A stretch of 64,000 nucleotides of DNA, from the sequence record OR805295.1; one strand, written 5' to 3'. The notes under the pieces are model-generated. The model saw nothing but the letters and a program-made list of their open reading frames with translations. It searched no databases and was not told the origin of the DNA. The translations under genes were made by a program, and so were the position numbers. Shown here piece by piece: positions 11,601 through 18,646 of this stretch; position 1 is the stretch's first letter, and each line of letters begins with the position of its first letter.

Positions 11601-12406
11601 CAATAAACACAGGATCTAATACTTTAGAGATAGTAATTCCTAATAGTGTATTAGCCGATGTATCTGACTATACTGGGTACACCGGAACTATATCTAAATT
11701 CACTACAGTATTTAAAAATACAAACATGTATGTAGCTGGCGGATATTCGTTAGGTTTCATAGATAACATAGCGTTAGTAGACGATACTGGATTAGGAACT
11801 GCACTTACTGTAGGAAGAACATATACCACAGGTATATATGATGGACCTGCGTATGTTGGTTTAGGTGCAAACTTTGCAGTATATGGATACGAAACTGCAA
11901 TACAATCTATACCGGGTTCCAGTGTAGTATTGGCAGGAAATCTATGCAGGCAAGCAGGCGCTGCAATCCGTGCAGACGGTTCTATATTGTCATTTAATGC
12001 CGGACAATCTGTTTATATTGCAAACCAAGCACAAGATGGTATTGTGTTAAAACACGGAAGTAAACTAATACACAACGACGATGCTAGTCAATCGTTTGTA
12101 TTTGTGATATTCAATAATATCAAATCCGGCACAATCCTATCGTTAGATACAAGTATATCTACTGCCAATTTTGAAGTTAAAAACTCAGAAGGCATAATGA
12201 TAGCTGCAACCAGACATAGTACAGTTGATGCTAGATCAGCTATTGTATCTGGAACAATAACGGGCGATTTAGAAGTAAATGCAACAGGCATGTCTGTAAT
12301 CAGCATAAACGAACCTGCAGACAGTACAGATATACCATTAGCAGTTGTTTGTAATCCTGCTTATGGATCTAATATAGAATTACAAAAAGGTTACATAGGA
12401 TTATAA
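5696..12406 (+). CDS. giant repeat-rich tail fibre / receptor-binding protein
   Basis: 2236 aa. Many L(A/S)xVAxSG(N/D/Q)Y(N/S)DL and LxDLxDV..G..L.W(N/D)G..W repeats; two tandem T4 gp34-like DT..VTxxLP...RIAD..G..NASIE.T.VD...GWK repeats; C-terminal YVATDGNDTTGSGTEESPFATL beta-helix-type domain. Confidence 0.8.
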   Translation: MSIQSGPSVLNQFVPDFLIDSTPTNGQFLVYDDTVQAFVNSTNPRIVLDSSNILDGSITIDKLAISGNKVPGYVLTITSAGGMAFLPVPGNGGQLPSLDELLDTNIVSPTVTQYLKWDGSAWVNSNITLNDVSDVSVISPTADDVLAWESGSWTNKKIDYTSLTNKPDLSDVVRSSELSSVAFSGDYNDLVNIPSATSNTIVGLTDVNDTALPNGFLRWNASGDEVEFITSISATVITGLAPVATSGNYNDLLGKPNLSVYPLRTEFSTVATTGNYSDLNNVPLTFAPSAHTHPAAQITGLASVATSNDYNDLVNKPTAMAPTAHTHAISDIIGLQNSLDSKLTVNLTTRLPKDVIYFNGTSWINKQLSYTDISGTPNLDNYVTDSELSTVATTGRYSDLINKPELVENLNDLLDVDVSSKQTGNVLTWNGTAWVASAITQASIDWANISNKPSVFSPAAHTHDVVDVLGLQSLLDSKLDANIAFDGDYNSLTNKPGLIDLQDTFSPAVPNGFLRWNNLGTLVAYQDYIYPQDISGLSDVAISGQYSDLLGTPSLSTVAITGSYSDLIDAPPAFDGDYDSLTNKPFIPTNFDFKFIGLNDVSPTVQPGGYLKWNLDGSFVVSSANIPATDVAGLSVVSTTGQYSDLLGKPLLATVSSSGSYTDLINIPTEFNPAEHTHSIADVSGLQASLDNKLNTSDAFSGDYNDLTNAPTNSSYSLVGLSDTNSVPVANGFLRWNASGSSVEYIQTIPVNAITGLAPVASSGQYADLQGTPDLSDYVLSVSLADIATTGEYSDLINAPDLSVYANKTDLSDVATTGQYSDLLGIPTQFTPTVHVHNVSQISGLSAVATSGSYNDLSNKPSFANVATTGSYDDLNNKPSIPTNGSFSLLGLNDTNNTPVADGILRWNSSANQVIYANTIDAQSVSGLATVATIGKLSSLSDVDLIGLNQNEILQWNGSAWVPVPYNPNQIQAYIESGNTKVSTNDILDSIVLTAGPTTGNIIFELGNTNSSIILNPVTNNVDALISSTSRIKLDSSTGISLGNISYPMTDGTVGQAIVTNGAGQLSFETVVKPSQLATVATSGNYNDLTNKPTLVTELNGLADVRMRDTNGNYLAQPEDVLTYSNGIWQARPNTSSSFIGLSDTQNITLPEDRANAYLRWDTTGNLIIYEDSISASVIAGLAEVATTGDLHDLINVNVNLPDMNNPATQAVWGLIWDRQNQRWINYNLRNIAGSGGSTVVALNDLTDVTLTFPVVDGNVLRATVQPDNSIVWQNKQLSYSDLTGTISMSLLQLTDTSSSAVPNGFLRWDSSGNTVQYITTISTNDISGLAPVATSGNYNDLSNTPAIPASINDLADVNTVSPVPTNGYVLTWDSSSNNWIAKEPATSPSGSTALADLTDVSLSDLTASDVLKYNGTTWVNEPVTYSELTDLPTFALVAFSGDYNDLTNKPSGSTTSILDLTDTADTALPNGFLRWNASGDEVLYQLSINVSDIIGLSSVAISGDFNDLSNKPENNSYYFRKLADAGNPQPNTFIKYPAFTIPPGSDIDDVNPILEYVSSINALTDIDNLAPVATNGILGSLVDVNLNSVEDGQVLTYDAVTNSWINKNSSGSPVVTSWTKINGNYTVTGSEYLLVDTTSASVTITLPVAPTENMVIRIADWKGTFRTNSCVVNTNGMPLMGASMDNTLTIQNQNASIELTFVDTTYGWKITDGIGEISKQNIPVTNWRTVDSSSTPAMLIAQPGEAIYVNTNNGAVTVKLPTGASVNAVVRIADLLGTYDKASCFVDGNGNPIMGKNEILEIANENASIEFTYVDSVVGWKVTDGIGELGRKTDIASDSDIIVYVATDGNDTTGSGTEESPFATLNAAFLSLDGKFVNSSAEIIVRVAEGVYEPTNPVAFSHIQGMNVKLIGELPQASSSFTVTNITNDAGLAKVTMQLSSVSDYEVGDIIKITSAATMLECVEIITAINTGSNTLEIVIPNSVLADVSDYTGYTGTISKFTTVFKNTNMYVAGGYSLGFIDNIALVDDTGLGTALTVGRTYTTGIYDGPAYVGLGANFAVYGYETAIQSIPGSSVVLAGNLCRQAGAAIRADGSILSFNAGQSVYIANQAQDGIVLKHGSKLIHNDDASQSFVFVIFNNIKSGTILSLDTSISTANFEVKNSEGIMIAATRHSTVDARSAIVSGTITGDLEVNATGMSVISINEPADSTDIPLAVVCNPAYGSNIELQKGYIGL
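6320..6372 (+). repeat. 53-bp perfect direct repeat, copy 1 (copy 2 at 10091-10143)
   Basis: gatactgcactacctaacggattcttgcgctggaacgcaagcggtgatgaggt is identical at both sites. Confidence 0.95.
10091..10143 (+). repeat. 53-bp perfect direct repeat, copy 2
   Basis: Identical to 6320-6372. Confidence 0.95.
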
Positions 12407-12407
12407 T

Positions 12408-12794
12408 ATGTCTAATTTAAATGATTATTTCGGTGGAACATCTAATAGCACTGGGAGTTATCCCAGTGCTATTCCTGCAAAAAGAATTAATACTTCTGCA
12501 ACTACTATTACATCTGGCGAAACTAGAGACTTTATTTTAGGAGTATCATCAGGTGCTGTGTTATTCCTTGCTGTCTCTACAATAATAGGTAACCAAACAG
12601 ACACATACGAACTTTATATAAAAATAGGATCTAATATAGTAATAGATTTTGAAACATTAACTGGTAATTTTAATACAAATCAACCTGCATTTTTATTAGG
12701 TTCAGGTACAGCAACTCTTACAGTACATAATACATCTGCAACAGATATGATGTTTAGTTCAAACACATATTTTGCACCAATATCTCTTAGTTAA
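12408..12794 (+). CDS. small tail-fibre-associated protein
   Basis: 128 aa, beta-rich; N-terminus MSNLNDYFGG is shared with the next gene. Confidence 0.6.
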   Translation: MSNLNDYFGGTSNSTGSYPSAIPAKRINTSATTITSGETRDFILGVSSGAVLFLAVSTIIGNQTDTYELYIKIGSNIVIDFETLTGNFNTNQPAFLLGSGTATLTVHNTSATDMMFSSNTYFAPISLS

Positions 12795-12820
12795 TAAAAG
12801 GGCTTTTAAGCCCTTTTATT
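12795..12820 (+). terminator. intrinsic terminator
   Basis: taaaagggc-ttttaa-gcccttttatt. Confidence 0.8.
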
Positions 12821-12909
12821 ATATTTTACCTATGTTAAAATACTACTAAAATCTGGTAAATATTGTGATAACAATATAATAGATTTTAGCTAAGTGTAAA
12901 AGGAAACAT

Positions 12910-15900
12910 ATGTCTAATTTAAATGATTTTTTTGGATCAAGTGGATCAGAAGGCGGGGGAGCCGAAGTTAAAAGACTAGACGACTTAGTAGACGTTTCTG
13001 TAGCTAGTCCAACTAACGGTCAAACCCTTGTTTTTGACAACACAGGCTGGGTAAACAGAAAACTTAGCTACAATGATTTATCTAATCTTCCGTCTATATC
13101 AAACACATTAAGTGGATTAGATGATGTAGACACTGCCGGTACTATAGCTGGATATGTATTACAATTTAACGGAACAAAATGGGTGGGTATGCCTGCCAGT
13201 AGTTCTATTTCGTTAGACGATTTATCTAATGTTGCTATTACAACACCCTCAATAAACCAAACGCTGCTATTTAATGGATCAACCTGGTATAACGGATCTG
13301 TAGATTTTAATAATTTAATAAACACACCCGTTATTCCTACACAGTTAGGCGATTTGTCAGATGTTTCTGTCAGTGCTTCTACTCAAGAAGGAAGTGTACT
13401 AGTTTTTAGAACAGGACAATGGATCGGTTCTGTAATAAATTACAACGATTTGTCAAATACTCCTACTATACCGCAAAACGATTCATTTACATTCTTAGGT
13501 TTATCCGATACTAACGATATACCGGAAGCAAATGGGTTTTTAAAATGGAACAATTTAAGTACAGAAATAGAATATGTTACTTCAATTCCTTCGTCTGCTA
13601 TAACAGGATTAGCCAATGTTGCAACAACCGGTTTATTATCCAATTTAGTAGATGTGAATGTCAGTGGTGTATCTAATGGCCAGGTTCTAACATATAATTC
13701 CTCTTCTAGCACATGGGTTCCTACTACGCCATCGACCGGCGGCGGAACAAGTGATCCTACTGCTATTTTTAGTACAGACGGTAATACGTATATTAATACC
13801 GAAGAATTAGTAGACGAGCTAGTTTTAAAAACCGGACCTGGATCCGGAAATGTAAATGTCATTCTTGGTGGCGGCGGCAAGATTGTCGTTGAAGGTCAAT
13901 CTCCGGAAATAATATCGGAAACTAGTTTAAAATTAACAGGTAGCAATTTATATTTAAATGAACTATCTTGGCCTACAACTGACGGAACGAGCGGTCAAGT
14001 TTTAGCTACAGACGGAAATGGAAATCTCTCATTTATAACAGTATCGACCGGCGGAACTACTATACTCATAAACTGGCGCGGCGAGTGGGAAGAAACTAGT
14101 TATAATATAAACGACGCAGTAAGTTATGCTGGTTCTAGTTATATATGTGTTGCTGAAGTAGCTGGTGGCGATATTTCTGTTCCGCCGAGCAATACAAACT
14201 TAAATTGGAATATACTAGCACTAAAAGGTGAAGACGGATCATTCTTTACTTATAAGGGAACTTATGATTCTAATACCGAATATGTAGATAAAGATGTAGT
14301 TTATTATAACGGTTCATCTTATGTAGTGTTAGACGGGCAAGGACCTATTACAGGAATCACCCCTACTGACCAATCTAAATGGGGTATATTAGCGTTAGCT
14401 GGTTCGGGAGGAACAGGCAGTGGTTTTACTTACAAAAATGAATATAATAATTCGGAAACTTATCAAGACCAAGACGTTGTTAGTTATGGAGGATCTTCAT
14501 ACATTGTTAGTCCTGGCAACGGTCCTGTTACTGGTATTTTGCCTACCGATTCTTCTATTTGGGGTATTATTGCACTCAAGGGTCAAGACGGGTCTGGAAC
14601 AGGTAACCAGTCGCTTGAAGATTTAACTGATGTATCTAGTGCCACTCCTACTTCAGGGAATGTGTTAGTAGCTAACGGGTCATCATGGTCTTCTTCTAAG
14701 TTATCGTATAGTCAACTCCAAGGTCTACCTACTTTATCTGTAGTTGCTACTTCTGGTAGTTATAATGACTTATTAGATAAACCTTCTAATACAGGAACAT
14801 TTATTGGATTATCAGATACTGATACTCCTTCCCTACCGAATGGATTTTTAAAATGGAATGCACAAGGAACATCTATATCTTATGTACAATCAATACCTTC
14901 AGAATCTATTTCTGGTTTGGCTACTGTTGCTACTACCGGTGATTATAGCGATTTAACTAATACACCTAACATACCAGTTATGCTAGACGACTTGACCGAT
15001 GTGAATTTAGTTACGCCTCCTGTAACAGGACAAGCTTTAGTATACAACGGTACGTATTGGTTGGCAGGCAATGCTGGAAGCGGTTCGAGCACACTAGCAT
15101 CATTAACTGACGTTAACTTAACTACTCCTACTAACAATCAAGTATTATCGTATGACAATACACAAAATTTGTGGATTAATACACAAATCGATTATGATGA
15201 TATTTTAAATACACCTAGTATACCCGTAAATAATAGCTTTAGCTTGGTTGGGTTGAACGACACGGATAATTCTGCTATTCCGAACGCATTCTTAAAATGG
15301 AACTCAACCGGGAATTCAGTAGAATATGTTCAGTCTATTTCTGCTAGTAGTATAACAGGATTATCTACTGTTGCTACAACTGGAGACTACAACGACTTAA
15401 CTAATTTACCTTCTATTCCAGAAAATATAAGTGATTTAAATGACGTAGATACATCTACTGCACCTACTGATGGTCAAATACTCATATATAGTGCAGCACT
15501 AGGAAAGTGGATTCCTGGAGATCAAAGCGGTACTAGTCCAGTTCCAGGCGGCTTCCCCGGTGAATGGTTAAAAATCAATTATACCCCTGGCAATTTAATA
15601 GGTACAATTGAGTGTTCGCCTAACATATCATACACTATAGTAGATAATGTTGCAAATAATAATCTTACTTTAGATTTAGTATTTGCAAATAGACCATACC
15701 CGCCTGCTGGATGGATGTGGTATGGTTACTTAGTAACACAAGGCAGATATGTATTAAAAATGCAAGATACTACTAGTCATCCGCATACGTTAGAGCTTAC
15801 AACTACTGAAAATCCGTTTGGGACAGGAACTGGAAAATTATCAGGATTCCAGTGCAGGGTATCAACTACTGGAGCCCAAAGTTATGGTCCTCTTCAGCCT

Positions 15901-15930
15901 ACGCATGCATATGTGATATTTGGGTGGTAA
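12910..15930 (+). CDS. tail fibre / adhesin with carbohydrate-binding-like repeats
   Basis: 1006 aa. Carries the same VATSGxYxDL and LxDLxDV repeats as 5696-12406, plus three W/Y-(R/K)G.(W/Y)...Y...D.V.Y.GSSY repeats (CBM5/12-like), two ending in LKGxDG. Confidence 0.75.
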   Translation: MSNLNDFFGSSGSEGGGAEVKRLDDLVDVSVASPTNGQTLVFDNTGWVNRKLSYNDLSNLPSISNTLSGLDDVDTAGTIAGYVLQFNGTKWVGMPASSSISLDDLSNVAITTPSINQTLLFNGSTWYNGSVDFNNLINTPVIPTQLGDLSDVSVSASTQEGSVLVFRTGQWIGSVINYNDLSNTPTIPQNDSFTFLGLSDTNDIPEANGFLKWNNLSTEIEYVTSIPSSAITGLANVATTGLLSNLVDVNVSGVSNGQVLTYNSSSSTWVPTTPSTGGGTSDPTAIFSTDGNTYINTEELVDELVLKTGPGSGNVNVILGGGGKIVVEGQSPEIISETSLKLTGSNLYLNELSWPTTDGTSGQVLATDGNGNLSFITVSTGGTTILINWRGEWEETSYNINDAVSYAGSSYICVAEVAGGDISVPPSNTNLNWNILALKGEDGSFFTYKGTYDSNTEYVDKDVVYYNGSSYVVLDGQGPITGITPTDQSKWGILALAGSGGTGSGFTYKNEYNNSETYQDQDVVSYGGSSYIVSPGNGPVTGILPTDSSIWGIIALKGQDGSGTGNQSLEDLTDVSSATPTSGNVLVANGSSWSSSKLSYSQLQGLPTLSVVATSGSYNDLLDKPSNTGTFIGLSDTDTPSLPNGFLKWNAQGTSISYVQSIPSESISGLATVATTGDYSDLTNTPNIPVMLDDLTDVNLVTPPVTGQALVYNGTYWLAGNAGSGSSTLASLTDVNLTTPTNNQVLSYDNTQNLWINTQIDYDDILNTPSIPVNNSFSLVGLNDTDNSAIPNAFLKWNSTGNSVEYVQSISASSITGLSTVATTGDYNDLTNLPSIPENISDLNDVDTSTAPTDGQILIYSAALGKWIPGDQSGTSPVPGGFPGEWLKINYTPGNLIGTIECSPNISYTIVDNVANNNLTLDLVFANRPYPPAGWMWYGYLVTQGRYVLKMQDTTSHPHTLELTTTENPFGTGTGKLSGFQCRVSTTGAQSYGPLQPTHAYVIFGW

Positions 15931-15933
15931 TAT

Positions 15934-17907
15934 ATGATTTTATCTATACCTAATAAAGTAATTCAACTGAATATACAATCGGCAGTTGGTAAAGATTATT
16001 GGCCGTACAATCAAGGCGACGAATTCTGGGAAAACGGAAGTTCTCCCAGATTTTATACATGGATTATATCTGCAACCGTTATTCCGCAGTTTCATAGTTA
16101 CGAAAATACAAGAGAACCATATACATATAACGGTTTAGATTTAAATGTAGGGGATTGGATATCTAACACCGATATACCGCAAGCTTTTGAAATTATTTCT
16201 ATAACTGAAAAAACAGAAACGTCATTAGTTGCAGTAATTAGAGATACATTTAGGTATAATACATTTTCTGCAATTTCACAAGATGGATTAATAAGTCCCC
16301 AATTAGGTAATAATATATTATTCACTCTTAGTGTAGATGGAATGCCATTATTAGATCCATTGCCAGCGTCTATAAACAAATATGGTTTTGTTTCATCGTT
16401 AGATAGTAGATTTAGAAAAGAAAAGAAAAATGAAATATTACAATTATACAAAGAAAATAACGGATTTATAAAAGGCGATATATTATCTTTAGATCCCGCT
16501 GCGGGATACATCTTATCAGACAATAACATTACTCATAAAATTTTAGGGACAGTATACAGTTCGGGTCCGGGACCAAATGATTTCATAGTTTCTCCTGTAA
16601 ATGTTTTTAGTAAAAACTATCAAGCATCTGTATTAGGCCAAATCGGTGACACTTTATATATTTCTGATACAGATCCCGGAAGGTTAACTACTGAAAATAC
16701 AGGTGTTCCTGCATATGTAAAAATAACAAATGCAATACAAGGAACATCTATTACAACAAAAAGCACAGATAATATGACAATTGTTGTAGGAAACACATTT
16801 TCTCTAAATAATTCTAACATAGTTATACCTTCTACTAATATTCAAGATCTCGTAAATAGAATTAATACATTTACTATTGATACAGGAATAGAAAGCTCTT
16901 TGCAGTTGGCGCCTACTAGTTGTGTGTCAAATACAGCTGACATGGCATTTGGTGGTATATTTGTTGGTATAACTCCGCCAGGTTCAGCAAAAATAAACAA
17001 TGTTGAAATAATATTCAATAGCGACACTGCTAGCCCAGGTCAATGGGGTGAAGCAAATGATGTTGCTATAGCTATTAATAATGCAAACATACCTGGCATA
17101 GTAGCAATAGCAGAGAATGGGCAAGTTACATTAACTAATACGTTAGGAACAGAGATAGTTATAGAAAATATAAGTAATGAAAGTTTTGGTTCTCCTATAG
17201 CAGGTCCAAATTCTGCAACCGGCTTGCCGTTATACACACCTGCTGCAACTAACAGTTTTATGAAATTTGTTAGTTTAACGGGCACCGGAATTATATTTAA
17301 AAATATATTAGGAAATCCAATAGACGAACTCGGTTTACTATCTAACGAAAATGGAATGCCTGCATATGTTATGTCAGTTGCTAACGGCATACGAACGGCA
17401 GACACGTATGTAGTAGCAAATATATCTGCAAGAGATGCATTAACCCCGTTAACGGGCGATCAAGCATATGTAATTGACGGAATGTTACCGAACGGATCCA
17501 AGGCAGGTGAATGGGCACTATATTTATGGAACGGAAATAGTTGGATAAAAACAGCCGATGAAGATTCTGCAAAAACAGATGCAAGTTCTATAGAACTAGA
17601 AATACAATATAATTCCTTAGAAGCTGTTACTATAGGAAAAATGAGTAATAATTCTAAAGTTACACAAATATCTATTACTGTAGAAGAAATATTCAGTAAC
17701 GAAAATGCAACATTGTCTATAGGAACAGATATTAATAATACAGACATACTAATGAGTTCTGATTTTATAGATTTAACTGTAGAAGACACTTATTTTATAA
17801 CACCCAATGTATATTTCGATTCTGGAACCGATACAGAAATTGTAGCTTATTTGGATAGTAACGGTTCTACTACCGGACGAGTAAAGATAATTGTATCATA
17901 CACATAA
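15934..17907 (+). CDS. virion structural protein (tail/baseplate region)
   Basis: 657-aa ORF, N/T/S/G-rich, co-transcribed with the fibre genes. Confidence 0.6.
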   Translation: MILSIPNKVIQLNIQSAVGKDYWPYNQGDEFWENGSSPRFYTWIISATVIPQFHSYENTREPYTYNGLDLNVGDWISNTDIPQAFEIISITEKTETSLVAVIRDTFRYNTFSAISQDGLISPQLGNNILFTLSVDGMPLLDPLPASINKYGFVSSLDSRFRKEKKNEILQLYKENNGFIKGDILSLDPAAGYILSDNNITHKILGTVYSSGPGPNDFIVSPVNVFSKNYQASVLGQIGDTLYISDTDPGRLTTENTGVPAYVKITNAIQGTSITTKSTDNMTIVVGNTFSLNNSNIVIPSTNIQDLVNRINTFTIDTGIESSLQLAPTSCVSNTADMAFGGIFVGITPPGSAKINNVEIIFNSDTASPGQWGEANDVAIAINNANIPGIVAIAENGQVTLTNTLGTEIVIENISNESFGSPIAGPNSATGLPLYTPAATNSFMKFVSLTGTGIIFKNILGNPIDELGLLSNENGMPAYVMSVANGIRTADTYVVANISARDALTPLTGDQAYVIDGMLPNGSKAGEWALYLWNGNSWIKTADEDSAKTDASSIELEIQYNSLEAVTIGKMSNNSKVTQISITVEEIFSNENATLSIGTDINNTDILMSSDFIDLTVEDTYFITPNVYFDSGTDTEIVAYLDSNGSTTGRVKIIVSYT

Positions 17908-17944
17908 GACAGGTAAATATCTTTATTAACACGGATTGTATAAA

Positions 17945-18580
17945 ATGATAAAAAGTTTTCTTCTTAGTGCTGTATCTAATGTTTTACAGTTTGGAAAAAA
18001 AGGTGGAAAAATAACATATACGCCTGAAACATCTAGTTTTAAAATAGAAACAGATAACGATGTACTATGTCCGATTGCTGTTGGACCTGCAAGTACATCC
18101 ACTCATGCTGTCCCTAAAAGTTATGTAGACGGAAGAACTACAAAATATACAATGCAAGATGACAAAACAGTCTCCGGATCCACATTAAGTGCAATAACAG
18201 AGTTTACTAGTATATCATTAGAAGCAAATACAACATATTCATACACATTATTATTGTTATATTCTTCTGACAATACTGCTGCCGGCATAAAATATCAATT
18301 AATGACAAATGGATCATTGACTAGATCTTTTTCTAGTGTAGAAAATGCAAAAACAGGAACAGCATCAACACTTGTAAACGGTTTTGTTTTAGGAGCAAGT
18401 GCAACTATTACAGTAACTACGGTTGCTATTGCAAATAATTTGTATAATGTTTGGGTCCAGGGTTTTATAGAAAATTCTAGTGGGTCTCCAGACACACTAA
18501 CTATATCTCTTGCGTCGTCGTCATCTGACGCTTCGTGTTCTGCATACGCAGGATCCCAGTTAGTTATGACTAGATTATAA
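17945..18580 (+). CDS. virion structural protein
   Basis: N-terminus (LQFGKKGGKI...VPKSYVDG) is homologous to the next gene; ATG 17945 preferred. Confidence 0.6.
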   Translation: MIKSFLLSAVSNVLQFGKKGGKITYTPETSSFKIETDNDVLCPIAVGPASTSTHAVPKSYVDGRTTKYTMQDDKTVSGSTLSAITEFTSISLEANTTYSYTLLLLYSSDNTAAGIKYQLMTNGSLTRSFSSVENAKTGTASTLVNGFVLGASATITVTTVAIANNLYNVWVQGFIENSSGSPDTLTISLASSSSDASCSAYAGSQLVMTRL

Positions 18581-18646
18581 TCTTAGCAAGTAAAAATACA
18601 AAAATACCGATAAATATCGGTATAATATATCGAAGGACTAATAACA

